64,000 bases of DNA from Chrysomallon squamiferum (lineage: Eukaryota > Animalia > Mollusca), in assembly GCA_012295275.1 (NCBI GenBank), contig CM022670.1:39246001-39310000 (forward strand). Direction: 5' to 3'. The position numbers and the translations under genes were made by a program. The notes beneath the pieces were generated by a model. The model was not told where the DNA came from, made no database searches, and saw only the letters and a program-made list of their open reading frames with translations. Position 1 is the stretch's first letter, and every line of letters begins with the position of its first letter. Below are positions 44,125-60,676 of the stretch, piece after piece.

Positions 44125-44545
44125 TATTATTATTATTATTTTTTATTATTACTACTATTATTATTATTATTATTATTATTATATTTAGTAGTAGTAGTAG
44201 TAGTAATAATTATTATTATCATCATCATCATCATTATTCCTTTTTCCAAACTGAGGACAGAGAAAAGTTCGATGTTTATTCTGACGGTTAACCGCGGTCA
44301 CGTTTTTTTTGGCAGAAAGCCAGCACGCGCAGCCATTCAGCAGTCATACCCTTCTGACATTTTAGATTCGATACCGGAAAAACTCCCAAATACCAAAGGT
44401 TACCAGTTATGACTGCTGCCACGTGCAAGTAATATATTTCAATGGCATCGACCTAATGTCCTTACCCTTGTCCAACGTGCACGATTTTCGTTTTTCTGTC
44501 TTTCATTTTCATTTATTGCGTATACATGTTGAACTTTAAAATACG

Positions 44546-44590
<45 letters not shown>

Positions 44591-45348
44591 TAAACAATTA
44601 TTATTAATAATATTTTTTTGTTTCTTATTTTTTTCTCCTCACACAACTATAAATTATTTTTTCTTTTCTTCTACGCTTTCGCTGAATTTGCGGATTAAAA
44701 CTCATATATTAGTACTGAAAACACATTTATATAAAAAAAAAAAAAAAAAGTTACATCATGAAGAACAGTGTAAAATTCAATCGTGTCAAAATGTACCATG
44801 AAGTCCGTTGATTTTGTAAACATAGTGACATCGAAATTAGAATCAGCGAAAATTAAATGGAGGCAGTTGCAGGGGGAAAAAACCAACAAACCCCCCCAAA
44901 AAAAAAACCAACAAAACAAAACAAAACAATAGTTTAAAAAGTATTTAAAAAAATCCCAAGGATAATAACAATAAACAAATATAAGGAAAGGATAATAAAA
45001 AAAAAAAAAAAAAAAAAAAAGACTGTGGTTTCCAGTTATCTAATTCTTTTTAAAACGAACTTCTCTGCCATACGTGTAGATCAAGCAAAACTCGAACAAT
45101 GACGTGCAGACTGGTGAGATCAAGCTGCAAAGATCTGCACGTGAAATCCTCTGAGAAGAAGGATGGACTGCGCAATAACCGAGTTCTGTTGAAAACATGC
45201 AGAGTCTGAACCGCAAAGATTCCGTCTCGCGTTGACTGTTATCGTCTGCTTCTGGAACACGGAAGCAGGATTCGGGCTAAGTCTAAAATGCGGCTTTTTT
45301 TGTTGGTTAAAGTTTGTACATTACTGCAGTGTGCCGCATCTGTTGTTC

Positions 45349-45383
<35 letters not shown>

Positions 45384-46041
45384 CTTCATTTTTTCACCAC
45401 TATTTGTTTATCACACCACAAAGTAAAAATGAGACGCCAGAGGTCGTCTTTCACTGGATTCTCAAACATACTAAATTGTTACGGAGCTAAAGAGTAACTT
45501 AAGGGAAACTTCTATTACCACTGCTACTACTACTACTAGTGTTGCTGCTGCTATTGTGACTTTCAGTTACTACTACTACTACTACTGCTGTTACTGCTAG
45601 TGCACTGATACTACATTCACTAAAACTACTATCGTTATTACTAATGATGAAACATAAAATCAGAATTTGTTGTCGATACAGCTCAGTGCTAGGTTCACGT
45701 CTGCGAAACGAAATATTGCTGAAAGAATTCTCCTTGGCGCTCCAACTTTCTGTCCCAAATGTTGTCCTTTCTGTTTGTTATCCTTTTTTTGATAAAAGCT
45801 CACAGACAATAATACTGCAAATGATATTTCTGCCAGTCATAAAATTTGAGTCTTGTCTCATATTGTTTTTTTAAAAACCCACCAATATAACTGACGAAAT
45901 TATGTTAATCAAAAATTAATATTATTTTCAGTTCTCCTTAAATTCATATAGTTGTTCCATTCTTATCGTTTTGAATTTTGTTAAAAGCTTATTCATTCGT
46001 TTATTAATTTTAATATTTTAATTTTAATTTTTAACTTTTTG

Positions 46042-46104
<63 letters not shown>

Positions 46105-46533
46105 CTTACTTACTTACTTACTTACTTACAATATAATCTGAAAACCTTTAGATTTTTACTTTCTTTTTTTATCTGCACCATAAGCGATCGTTCTGCCTCA
46201 TAGGGCCTGGGTGACTATATAGCTTTGTGTTAACTTGTAAAGTCAAAACCACCTCATTCTTTTTCAGTATCTGATGCGATGCGTAGAATCTGCAGATGAG
46301 CGGCTGAGGTGAAGATAATCCATCACTCTGACTGGTCGCCTTAATAACATGTTTTATGTGGCCCAGGGTTTCACACACACAAACGCACCGAGACCATGAA
46401 CTCCGTCCGTGTAAGGTCATGACATTGATTTTCGTCCTGATTGAAATTCGCAGGTAAAAAGAAGCTCAAATAATGTTGATAGTTCGTGAACTTAGCGTAC
46501 GTAATCTAATATCATAAATACGTGAATATAAAA

Positions 46534-46571
<38 letters not shown>

Positions 46572-47054
46572 GTATGCGAAACATATATTTTAAATACCTT
46601 AAAAATATTCGGTGGACTTTTTAGCTTTTTTTAATTTTATTTTCAAGACTGAGTCAGAAAGAGGATAAGAAAGATTGACTATGACAGAGAGAAAGCGAGA
46701 GAAAATGGCTGACAAATATATAATTTCTGGTTACGTTCTAAAAGTTAATATATGTACAGGACTTTACCGGTTTAAATAATTTGATAATCTTTGAATATAG
46801 AAATACCTTTTTAATATAAATGTTTTATGACTTAAAAAAAGAAGAAGAAGAAGAAAAAAAAGGAAAACAATGAAAATAGAAAAGAAAGAAACTAGACCTT
46901 CATTTTTAAAATATCTAAAAATGTTATTCAAAATTTTCACAGTAACAAAATGAACGTAGATTAGCTTGCGTAAACATTACTAACTGTTGTTGTTGTATAG
47001 ATACAAAAATTTTTTTTTTATTTTTTTCAGTCTTTCTTTTACTTCCTTAGTTAG

Positions 47055-47094
<40 letters not shown>

Positions 47095-47867
47095 TTGTGA
47101 AGGAAGTTCATTGCTCTCAGTGATTTTAAATCGAGAAATCGTCTGCAAACGAGTGAGAAAACTACCACACACACTTCAAGGACCAGCAGCAAACTGTTGG
47201 AAATGGATTACTGAGAAGTTTTTCAAATAAAGCCGATTACACAAAGTTCATAAATGTCAGTGAACTTTGGGACTGCCTTGGCTACAGGTAGACCAATAAT
47301 ATTTATTATGTTATAGAAATGACATCTTGTAGTTCGAAAACCGACTGACAATCAGTTTGTATATATATATTTTTTATCGATATATATTAGTATAAACCCA
47401 AACACACACACACACACATATATATATTATATCCTAAAAACACTGTAGATACGATGACCAAAGATAATTATAAATTACCTTACAAATATAATTTTATTTT
47501 CCAAAGTTACTCTTTAGTGTTTGATATAGATCTTAACAGCACCATTTTGAAATCGTTTACATTTAACAAATAAGAAATAAACTGTTGTTATTTAAGAACT
47601 ATTTCGTTTTGATGTACAGTTTCTGTAGGCGAAAACGAAATCAGGAACGATGGGTTGAGAAATGAAACTGTTTAGATATGCATCATAACATTTTATTTTA
47701 TTTATTTTTAAATTTGTTTTTATCCTGTTTAAGTCAAATGCCAGATGCAGACCTCACCAGTTATTCCATATATGTATATATAGAGATATAGATATCGATA
47801 TCGATATCGATATTTATATTTATATTTATATAAGCGACTTCATTTAAAAAATAAAGTTTGCTGCTAA

Positions 47868-47905
47868 TCGAAAAAGAGTAGCAGTGGGTTTTCCTTTCAT
47901 TTTAT
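47868..47905 (+). mobile_element. Possible short fragment of a gastropod SINE-like repeat
   Basis: ttgctgctaatcgaaaagagtagc..gggtttt.ct resembles, from memory only, the body of an abundant gastropod SINE; no head or tail is visible. Confidence 0.3.
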
Positions 47906-48996
47906 TATTAGATTACAAACTAATTACTTGTGTTAGTAAATATGATACTTAACTGATAACTACATGCTTTTAATAATATATTTTGTAAGATTTTTCTTTT
48001 TTTACAAATAAATATATTACCTCAGATTAATGACTAAAAAGCAGAGACAGGCAAAAAGAGATATTGGCACGGAGAAGAATGAAACTCGCTTACTGATAAA
48101 TATCTGGTTATATTCTTTTTTAGATATTGGGCAGATCTATAATGAAACTAAAGAATCTGAAGCTTTCAGGGCCCATAATTCAGATGACGTCCTATATGCG
48201 ACTTCAGTCCAAAAATATTGCTGTAAAATATTAATCCAAATTCTGAGATGTTGTGGTTAAAATTTAAAAAAAAATATGTATGTTGATCTGTGATGTGAAA
48301 TAAGCGCATTTGAAAAAGACAACAGTGGTTATCCAGACATCGCTGATGCTTTCGAAGAGCTGGCTCCCTGAGGATATATCGGCCACTGGTTGAGTGCACA
48401 TATTTAATTGTAGTGTTCAGAGAGACACGGTTAAATGTACATAGGTAGACTTATGAATAAATAGGGCACCTTTTCATGGACTGCCTGAAAAAAAAAAAAA
48501 AAAAAAAAAAAAGGAATAATAATTATATAAAAAAATTCTCAGTTTTCTTCTTTGCGAGTGCGTCTCTTTGAATGATTTTTGCCTGACCAGTCAAATGGCT
48601 GTCTGTCTGTATAATGTACATATAAAGGATAATCAGAATAGGTAATACCTGACGTTAACGAGTATTCTCTATTCTGTAATCATAGTATACAATAAATAAA
48701 TAAATAAATATGCTATATATATATATGCCAGCCAGCTTCTGTCATTATTAAAATCACACGAAGTGTTCATTATCCATTCATTTCTTCACTGTACTCAGTG
48801 CTAAAGTGTATTTTTATGTGGTGCTAGGAATAAATCGTCTAATAAAATTCTTTACACCTCCATGATATTATTAACTTTTATTATTTTAGTGAAATATATG
48901 AACGCCACCATTTGACCTCTTTACAACTTGAGTCTCAAGACCAGTTTCTTTTTATTACTTGCTTTTATTATTTGTTTTTACATGATTAATATTTTC

Positions 48997-51662
48997 GTTA
49001 TTTCCGTCATCTGGACATGCATAGTTGGCGGATAACATAATTATGGTTTGCCGAGTTCTTCGAGAAATTTAAAATAATGAGACATCATTATTTGTCTGTG
49101 TAGCAGTAAGACGATTAAAAACTAACCTACTGGCCCAAATATGAAGTCGGTATTTCGTAACATGATTAACACAAACCGAAATAATGAGTAGCTCTGTTAA
49201 TACATCTGGATTTTGTTCCAGAATTGTAAAGGTAATTCAAATGATCATAACAAATGAACGAATAGTAAGCAGGTAAAAATTAAATAGTGAAATAATAGTT
49301 TTAATTTCTAATTAATTAATTAATTAATTAGAAAACCTGGAAGTTAAACTTAAAGCGAGGTCTAACCGATAATATTTAAAGACAGTGTGATTATGAAAGT
49401 AATAATATAATAATAAAACTGTTTTCCTTGAAATACTCTTAAATACTTTATAAAATGTAACTGCTGTAAAATAAATGATGAAAAATAATAAACCGTTTAT
49501 GCCAGAAAATATTAAAGCAGGTAATGTGAGTGTGTTCGTAGTTAGAAACATTATATAACGTTTAAAACGGAAATGAAAGATATTCTTTAAAACATATTCC
49601 TTCTTGTTATTTATTTTGATCATTTAACGTGAGCTTGAATACTTAAATAAAAGGAAGTGTTTCAAAGTTCTGTGACTGTGTGTTTTAAAAGATTTGTCTT
49701 ACGAAAGTAAACCCGAACAGTTCGTCAATCGAACGAGTCCCTCCCCGTGTTTCCTTAGCAACCGAGGACAGTTGTCGGATTAAAAACAGACATCCTACAA
49801 TGCCTTGGTTATATTTATTTTTAAATACGGAAAGACGATTGGAGTTAACTTTCGTTGAGATGAATGACCTTAAAGGCTTTTTACGTTGTGGGTTAACATT
49901 ATAGCTGTAGTTATTGGTATCTACATATTCGGTTACAAACAGAACATCAAATAAAAAGAAAATAATAATAATAAATAAATAAATAAATAAACCGATAAAT
50001 AAATAAAAATAAGCAAACAAAATGAACAAACTTAAATAAAAAACATAAATAATTAAAAAAAAAAAAAATGATAACCAATGTCTACGATATAATAATTTTT
50101 AAATGTTCTCTTAATAAATGAGCAAATCGAGAAACACATCAAATCATTCTATATTTTATCTACTCAATCTCTAACAATTAAAGCTATCAATCACCCAACA
50201 ACAACAATTACGGTTAATTAACTGGAACACACTGTATGTAATACGAGTGACGATTTGGCTTTGTTTTCACACAGGTCATCGGCCAACAATGACAACCTAA
50301 CCTTCCAGTCATTTGTGACACTTTTAGTACAGCTGTAACATAACACACATCTATGAATGGCCGTGTTTAGAGATTTAGAATTTCTTCAGTACTTGACCCT
50401 GTAGGTCAGGTATTGATAGACGTAGAGATGTTTATTTTCCCCCATATAACGTCATACTCCAGAAATTAATTTGACCTTCCAAAGAATTCTAATATGCGGT
50501 TGATGTGTTAGTTCAGTCACATGCATTGCAAGTAAATATATTACGAACATGGTAGGACAGGTGCTCACATAGGACATGTGTAAAATTAAAACATGCCAGT
50601 ACATTATAAACCATAATGCTGTTTGAATCCGCTTGCTCGGGCACTGAAAAAAAAGAATGTAATATATACTCATTAGAAAATCACATTAAGAAAACAAAAC
50701 ATTTCAATTTAAATAATAATATATATTTCAATAATTTTGTCATTGTTTCAGGGACTGAAAAAAAGAATGTAATATATACTCATTAGAGAATCACATTAAG
50801 AAAACAGAACATTTCAGTTTAAATAATAAAATATATTTCACTTTTCACTGGTAACAACATTTCATGGTTCACAAACGCCATGTTAGATGATGTTTCTTTG
50901 CTGTTTCCTGCGTTCAAATCATTTCACATCATCTGAAAAATACTGCAGGGAGAAGTCGAGACTCGAGGTCAGTTTAATGGACGGTTCTGTCTTAATAACT
51001 GACATTTCAGGCATAAAAAACAAACAAACAAACGACCTCGGTTTAAGGCCCCGATGTGTTTAATGACCAGGACCAATGTTAAGAAATGAAAATCTGCTGA
51101 AATGAACTGCAGCATCAATCGTAGTAACAATTCTGTTGTATAACAAAACCAAATCAAGTACTGTTGTTTTGTTTGGGCTGTTTATTTGTTTTTCATTTGT
51201 ACAAGTGAATGATAAATTAAATAATAATGCTTTGGATATATCTTCTTTGAAACGTGGACGCCACAAAGGCAATAATCCAAAGAGCTTACCCAATTTGTAA
51301 ATAAATGTATCTCCTGTGATTTCAAATGATGCACATAAATATTTGTTTTAAAAATTAAAGTTTTTTCATCATCATCATCATTACATCGCGATCGTTCTAA
51401 AATATAAATATTTGTGTCTTTATGTCAAATTTTTAAACAGAATCGCTGTAATTTGGTTATATGAAATCATGATATCTGTTGTCAAATGCAAAACATCGTA
51501 TAGGACTTTCACCCAATATATATATACTGTTTTTTTTATTTTGTGTTTTTATACATATTTATTTATTGCTATAAATATAGAACAGATGTATTTTTGATTA
51601 TGGGAATAAAAGATGGGTATAAAAACACAAACTAAAAAAAACAACAATTGATAACAGATATG

Positions 51663-51743
<81 letters not shown>

Positions 51744-52765
51744 CGAATAAAAATAAATAAAACCAGTATATTTACTATTTATATTGCAAAGTTTGTGATC
51801 AAATATGTTTCTTTAAAATCACCGATTTTTTTTCTACTTTAAATCTAAAATAACTTCAGGAAAACGTTTTAGAAAAATCTTGGGGTGTAAGCATTCTTCT
51901 GAAATACACTGATTCGTAAATCAAAACCATGAAACATTACAAGTGATATATTCATTAAAGATGAAGAAGTTTTCGCAAACGAAAGAACTATCCCTATCTT
52001 CTAAGAATGAAAGAACATATTATCTTGTAAATATTAAAAACAGAAAGAGAAAACGACATTTGTCTATTTTTACCAGATTAAAAATATTTTTGGAATGATG
52101 TTGTGTTGTTATGGAACTGTACATGTTTATAATATAAGAATTATGCTTACGATACTGTTCGCAGTAAACAAATTGACCTACATTATGAAACAGTACGTCT
52201 GTTTCATTGGTTATATGTCGTTCGTGTGTATTTTCTAATTAAATGGTTATTTTTTAGTCTAATAGATACATAATTGCATGTGATAAACAAAAATTATTAT
52301 TAAAAAATATTTAATCGGCGTAATAATTTGAACTGCAGTGTTTTTGAAGGCAATGAACTCTAAATGTTTGAATATGTTTTTTTTTATTATTATTTTTGTA
52401 ATTATTGTTTTAACAGCAGCTAGAACTGTAGTAAAATACCTGCAGTAGTAGTAGTTGTTGTTGTAGGAACAGTATCAACAGTAATAGTAGTAGCTGTGAC
52501 AGGCGTACTAATGTTGGTGGTAATAGTCGTAGTAGCAGTAATAGCTGCAACAGGAGGAGTAGTAGTAGTTACAGTAATATAAGTAGTAGTAGCAGTAGGA
52601 GCAATAATCGTCATTATGATAGGAGTAATAGCAATAATGACAGTTGTAGTAGATGGTGTTGCTGTAGAGGTGACAGCTGTAACAGAAGTAGTTGTAATAG
52701 TGATACCAGTAGACGCAGAAGTAGTGATGCTGGAATTAGTTGGGGGATAATAGTAATAACAGTAC
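48997..52765 (+). repeat. Left arm of a large inverted duplication
   Basis: Reverse-complement matches: 48997-49896 to 61635-62466, and ~50097-52765 to ~56800-59500 (e.g. gttatttccgtcatctgga vs tccagatgacggaaataac; ctaacaattaaagctatcaatcacccaac vs gttgggtgattgatagctttaatggttag). Confidence 0.95.
50643..50840. repeat. ~110-bp tandem duplication present only in the left arm
   Basis: actgaaaaaaa(a)gaatgtaatatatactcattaga.aatcacattaagaaaaca..acatttca.tttaaataata at ~50643 and ~50754; a single copy in the right arm (~58895-58990). Confidence 0.88.
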
Positions 52766-52784
52766 ATGTAGATAACCGTTACAC

Positions 52785-52788
<4 letters not shown>

Positions 52789-52854
<66 letters not shown>

Positions 52855-52889
52855 ATTTAAAAAGATTCAAAACAACACTAATGCATTAG

Positions 52890-52961
<72 letters not shown>

Positions 52962-53000
52962 CAATTTAAAAAGATTCAAAACAACACTAATGCAATAGAC
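52789..53000. repeat. Direct duplication of (GA)n plus ~40-bp unique tail
   Basis: caatttaaaaagattcaaaacaacactaatgca.tagac follows two successive (GA)n tracts. Confidence 0.88.
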
Positions 53001-53776
53001 AGAAAGCGGTCAGACAAAACCACTGTATCACGGCAACGTTTAGCCAGCGAACATTCTAGAAGAATCTCTCAGCAACACACCTAAAATGAATAAACCAAAA
53101 ACTGCCGATCTGAAATGAAAAACGAAAAATGTTTGATGTTTTCCGAAACGATATAAAAACAACACGTATGTGGTTTTTAGGGGCAAACGAGCTTGACGAT
53201 AAATCTAATATGTCACCCAGGGCCATGGCGTGTTTAACAGGGCCGTGACTGATGGTTTATTCTAATGATCAGGCATGCGCAGAAACGTCGTGTTTTTCTG
53301 ACACAGGTCACTAGGGGAAAGAGGTGCTTTTACTGTGATATAATATCTTATTAAACCGATGGTGAGTGTGTGTGTGTGTGCGTGCGTGCGTGTTTCTACG
53401 TATAGATACCAATATTTGTAAACAGCTGAATGCGGACATATTTAAAGTGGAAAAATGCGACTTTCTTATCGGGAATATTAGAAAATGCCTTCAATTACAA
53501 AAGCTGTTTATTTAAGTATGAATGAATTTAATGACGTTCACATTCAGCTTCTTCTTTTTTCTGCGTGTTAGATCATCATCGTTATCATTGTCATCATAAA
53601 TCGTTTTGAATATTATTCAAATGCGAGCATCGATTGGAATGTTACAACTGAATTTAATGTAAGGAGATACACCCGCAAAATAAGAAATGAAAACTGTAAC
53701 ACAAATTCTAAAAAATTGCGCTCATATGATCTTCAGTATTTCGGAAAATATTTCAAATTCGTTTATTTTTAATATT

Positions 53777-53884
<108 letters not shown>

Positions 53885-54205
53885 CCACACTCAGTTAGTG
53901 ATGTCAGGTTTCTGACGTCAGATCAAGAGGTATTTTCTTACGAAAGCTTGGTGCAGCCCTTAGGATAACGTTGACGTTAATCCCTCCCGAGCCTTATGGC
54001 AGCACCAACATGTTATGTCATTCATAATAACCTCAACAGTTCTTCGAGTGTGGTGTGTACTTGTTTTTCAATGCGGACCGCTACCTGGGCAACACAGCAA
54101 AGTAACAGAATGTCTGATGGCTAAATGTTGCCGCGATACTGCGGTTTAACTGACCGATTTAAATCTAAACGCGTTAGTGTTGTTTTGAATCCGTTTTTAA
54201 AATTG

Positions 54206-54285
<80 letters not shown>

Positions 54286-54622
54286 GTAACGGTTAGCTAC
54301 GTTACATGACAGAAAAATAAAATTCAAAATGTATATATATATATTTTTTTTTTTTTTTTGAAATAGATAAAACAGTCTTGAAACATTTTGACTGGTATAC
54401 TTGGAAAGAAGCGCATCTAACTGTTTGGATAAATAATTTATGGAGACAACCACTAACAACAACAACAACAACAACAATAATAATAATAATAATAATAACA
54501 ATAACAAAATATTACTTATATTACGACTCTTACTAGTGCTAATGGAGATCACTACTAAAACTATTACTGATAATAATTCCATTACATCTGTTACTAATAT
54601 TACTAAACTATCATTTTTGTAC

Positions 54623-54701
<79 letters not shown>

Positions 54702-54870
54702 AGATTAACCGTGAAGATAACAAACTGATAACAGATCAAAACAGATATTCCAAATGCCTTATCTGTATTTTATATAGGCCTATATTTTCCAGGATGGGGA
54801 ATAACAAATAACTCTTTGTTTTTAACCAGTACGTTGTAAGTTGGGTATAAATAAAGTAAATAAATCGACT

Positions 54871-54939
<69 letters not shown>

Positions 54940-55990
54940 AAATTTATTAGTTGCCTAGAGGGGCGTTTATGGTCTTTATCACAAGACGGGCTCGTTTGGA
55001 GCGGTTTGGTTTAACTTATAAATAATTTGGGGCAAAACCTTGAACTAAGTGTGGAACATTAACCAAACGGCAAACTGAAAGAGAAATAGGTCAGCTGATT
55101 TTGAGCAAGGTAAACAGCTTATCTTAATATTCTGTGATGCGAATTCATTTCAACACTGCCCAAGGCATTTCTACAGCTAGCAAGAAATAATATATGACGT
55201 TGACGCAGTTTCTTTCTTCCTTTTTTTTTTTTTTTCTTCTTTTGAGCATGACAAGATGTGAGTTTTGAAATAGAGTGACGTTATATATGCGTGTGTGTGT
55301 GTGTGTGCATGTAATAATTTATTTCAGAATAATATCCGGTTAACCTAAAATAAATAAACAAATAAGAGAAAAAAAAGAAAAAAAAAAAAAAAGATCCCAC
55401 TGGAAAAAGTGTTATTAATGAATGTACGAATATTTAATGACATCTCTGCAAACACACACTAGACGCACACACGCACATATTACTAAGCGTCACCTGAATG
55501 ATAAATGATGTGTTGAAAGAGAAATCATTTTGAGGATCTTTTAGACTGGAGATCGATACCCAAACTGAAAGGTTTGAGGGCTTCAAAGTTTCTCCCTTCG
55601 TGGTAACTTCTTTAACAACTTGCCAGCCAGTAGATTATAAACAAACAACAATGACGATGTCAGTAGTAAAAATAAATAGATACAAAATAAAAATAAAAAT
55701 AATTAAGAAAATGAAGACAACAACAACAAAATTAAAACCTCACAACACAACAACAGCTGCCACTAACAGAAAAATAAAAATAAACATTAAAATATCGACG
55801 TAGATCTTTTTAAAAATAAACAAGTATAACTGTATCATTGTGTGTGGTATTTTATTATTATCAAAGGTTGATGTACATAATATTTATAAGGCAAGCGTTT
55901 GAACTATCAGAGGTATACTTTAAAATTCATATCACATAAACATTTTCCTACATAATAGTTCTTTTTCTTGTTTTGTTTTATTGAACTGTT

Positions 55991-56023
<33 letters not shown>

Positions 56024-56799
56024 TTTGTTAACAAAAACCAAAAACCACAACGATATAAAATTATTATTAAGTTTATTAATGATTTACTAAATGTTTCAAG
56101 CGTCTTTTTCTTTAAAAAAAAAAAAAAAAAAAAAAATCTACCGTACAGTATAACTGATATCTGTCTACTTTTTAAATGTGTACAGTCCCGTCGGCCAGTT
56201 CAACGCCCAAGCAGCGGGTGTCGTAAACAGATCGCTTCAACAACGTCACGCAGAACTGTTTACACAACGTGCTCGCCTCACCGAGTTCCGAAACAAAGCG
56301 AGAAGTACCGAATCAACATACCGAGAGATTACGTTGACCTACGAAATATAATAGAATCCGGGTCAGCTATGCAATGCTAAATATAAACACTCTCAGAAGT
56401 AATTTTCATTCGCGTGTTTACAAGTGGGGGGTAAATAATGCAATACTTTGTGTGATAATTTTAAAAAGGGAAAAGTGGGGAAAATGAGATATACTGGTTC
56501 TAGAAGTGATTTAAAAGTCAGCGGGAGACAAAGAGATGAATCTCCTATTTTTCGAATTATTCCAGGACATTAACACGGAGACGGGAGATACAGAATTGTT
56601 GCTGTTTTGTTTTTGTTTTTGTTTCTTTTCTTCATCTCCCTCCTAAATAAGTCTGGTGTATTCTTGAAAGTTTTATGAACCACATTATCCTTTATACATC
56701 CACGTTATACCAGTAAAACACTTATCTAGTTAAAAGATTCACTGTTACCATAGTAACAATATGATTATTTCCATCCGTTTCTACTGCTGCTTTCCACTA

Positions 56800-57691
56800 G
56801 TACTGTTATTACTACTATCTCCAAACTATTACCACTATCACTACTTCTACTCTGCTGTTATCACTATTACAACTACTTGAGGTACAATGACGATTATAGT
56901 TACTACTACGACTACTACTTCTGTTATTACTGTAACTACTATTATTCCTTCTGCTACTACTACTTACTACTACTACTACGACTACTTACTTTATTACTGT
57001 AACTACTATTACTCCTTGTCTACTACTACTACTACTACTATTATTAATGCGTTTGTCACTACTACTACTATTATTAATGTTCATACTGTTGCTACAACAA
57101 CAACAACAACAACTGTTACTACTATTCTAGCTGCTTTTAAAACAACAATTGTAAAACAAAAAAAAATATATATTTAAACTCAATCAAACATTCAAAGTTC
57201 ATTGCGTTCAAAATCATTGCACTTCAGAATATTACACAGATGAAATATTTTTGAATAATATATTTTGTTTATCACGTACAATTATGTATCTATTAGACCA
57301 AAAAATAATTATTTAATTAGAAAATACACACGAACGACATATAACCAATGAAACAGACGTACTGTTTCATAATGTAGGTTAATTTGTTTACTGCGAACAG
57401 TATCGTAAGCATAATTCTTATACTGTAAACATGTACAGTTCCATAACAACACAACAACATTCCAAAAATATTTTTAATCTGTTAAAAATAGACTAATGTC
57501 TTTTTCTCTTTCTCTTTTTAACATTTACAAGATAATATGTTCTTTCGTTCTCAGCTGATAGGGATAATTCTTCATCTTTAATGAATAAATATATCATTTG
57601 TAATGTTTCACAGTTTTAATTTATGAATAAAAACCGGTGACTTTAAAGAAACACATACTTTGCAATATAAATGCTAAATATACTGTTTTTT

Positions 57692-57766
<75 letters not shown>

Positions 57767-58945
57767 TTTTATTTTGTGTTATTATATAACTTTATTTATT
57801 GCTGTAAATATAGAACAGATGTATTTTTGATGATGGAACAGTAAGATTGGTTAAAAATCCAATTCGATGCTTTGCCTTTGACATCAAATATCATAATTTC
57901 ATAATCGAATTACAAAGATTCTGTAAAAGAATTTGACATAAAAACACAAATATTTATACTTTAGAAATTCCATATTTTAGACCAATCGCGATGTGATGAT
58001 GATGATGATGTTGATGATAACAACAACAAAACTTTAATTTTGAAAACAAATGAATATTTTATCTGCATTGTTTGAAATCACACTCTTCACAGGAGATAAA
58101 TTTATTTATTTATTTATTTATCTTTCAAATTATGGTATACAAAGTATGAAATAATTATGTAGCGCATTTCTTTGACATGGTTAACATTAAATTGCATTTT
58201 AATTCAATAATTTAAATAGTCACTTTTTTTTTTTTTTTAAAGCTGTCTGTTTTGATGACCTACAATATTATTATTGCTATTTTTTTTTTCATAGTTTCTA
58301 CGGTATTCTTTACACAGGTACGTTAGTTCAGTAACCTTTACAACCGTTTTATATTGTCGTTCATACCTTCAGAACTGTTATCTCACAAATCAAGTTGGGC
58401 AAGCTCTTTGGATTATTGCCTTTGTGGCGTCCACGTTTCAAAGAAGATATATCCAAAGCATTATTATTTAATTTATCATCTACTTACACAAATCAAAAAC
58501 AAATAAACAACCCAAACAAAACAACATTATTTGATTTGGTTTTGTTATACAACGGACTTGTTACTACGGTTGATGCTGCAGTTAATTTCAGCAGATTAAC
58601 ATTTCTTAACGTTGGTCCCGGTCATTAAACACATCGGGGCCTTAAACCGAGGTCGTTTTTTTTTTAATTTTTTTTATGCCTAAAATGTCAGTTATTAAGA
58701 CAGAACCGTCCATTAAGCAGACTTCAAGTCTCGACTTCTCCCTGCAGTATTTTTCAGATGATGTGAAATGTTTTGAACGCAGGAAACAGCAAACAAACAT
58801 CATCTAACATGGCGTTTGTGAACCATGAAATGTTGTTACCAGTGAAAAGTGAAAAAAAACAAGATCGCTTTGTGAAACAATTAAACAATTACTGAAATAT
58901 ATTTTATTATTTAAACTGAAATGTTTTGTTTTCTTAATGTGATTT

Positions 58946-58985
<40 letters not shown>

Positions 58986-59615
58986 TTCAGTGCCCGAGCA
59001 AGCCGATTCAAACAGCATTATGGTTTATAATGTACTGGCATGTTTTAATTTTACACAAATCCTATGTGAGCACCTGTCCTACCTTGTTCGTAATATATTT
59101 ACTTGCAATGCATGTGACTGAACTAACACATCACCCGCATATTAGAATTCTTCGAAAGGTCAAATTAATTTCTGGAGTATGACGTTATGTGGGGGAAAAT
59201 ACACATCTCTACGTCTATCAATACCTGACCTACAGGGTCAAGTACTGAAGAAATTCTAAATCTCTAAACACGGCCATTCATAGATGTGTGTTATGTTACA
59301 GCTGTACTAAAAGTGTCACAAATGACTAGAAGGTTAGATTATCATTGTTGGCCGATGACCTGTGTGAAAACAAAGCCAAATCGTCACTCGTATTACATAC
59401 AGTGTGTTCCAGTTAATTAACCGTAATTGTTGTTGTTGGGTGATTGATAGCTTTAATGGTTAGATTTTGACTTCCTCTGTTATCAAGAGAACATTTAAAA
59501 ATATGATGCATCGCGGGAATAAAAAAAAAAAAAAAAAAAAATTATAAAGAAAAAAAAAAGAAAAATAATAATAATTAATGTGTCGGTTTCATTTTTACTT
59601 TTTTTTTTCTTTTTC

Positions 59616-59653
<38 letters not shown>

Positions 59654-60013
59654 TGATGATGATAAAAAGAAGATAAAAAAAAAAAAAAAAAAAAATCCAA
59701 CTCACCATAAAATAATAAATAAGTAAATAAATAAAATTCACTTTATCTGGAGAAACGTTTTGCACTTACTAGTTACTTAACGGTTGCCGAATTTTGACGA
59801 TGGTATACGTAACACTACCGGACACATTAACTCGAGTTTCATCCTTCGTTTTATTATTTGGATGTTTTTTTTGGTCTATCTTGATTATCGGTTACCTAGA
59901 TATTGAATCAAATATGTCTTAATTACAGTTTAATTTATTATAATTAATCCAACATCTGTTCCCATTGTATTGTGTATAACACACGAATTCAGGTATTGTT
60001 TAATAAATGAACG

Positions 60014-60092
<79 letters not shown>

Positions 60093-60640
60093 TGGTGTGC
60101 CGTAACTTCAACTGTATTCTTTTTTTTTTATCTAAACCAATGTTCTTAACATAAAATAAATATTAATAACAATAACAATAAAAACACTTAATAAATAAAT
60201 TAATGTATGAGTTTTTTTGCATAAGAAAAAAATCACTAAAAATATAAACAAACTTAGTGACAAGTGTATGACCTTATTTGATAAAGACATAAAATTTATG
60301 GCACTGAAATATTTAAGAAACACATGAGTTGAAACTGAATTTTGGAAATGTATTTATTTATTGTTGTTGTCGTTGTTCTTCTTTTTCTTTCTCTTAGATT
60401 TATTTTACTATCACATTAGTGATGTTTCTTCCCGTGTTATGAAAATTAATACAGCCGTTTTTTTAATATTAGAGTTTTTATATTGGCCATGGATTTTAAA
60501 TAAAACAGAATGACTGCCTGCACGCTCCAAAACTTTGTTGTTGTTTTCTATTAATACTACTACCACTGCTATTACTACTGCTGCTACTATTATTACTACT
60601 ACAACTACTACTTCTACTACAACAACAACAACAACTACTA

Positions 60641-60676
<36 letters not shown>

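Noticed and set aside
47781-47812. (GATATC)n perfect palindromic run
   Set aside because: A short hexamer microsatellite derived from the adjacent (TA)n; no supporting context.
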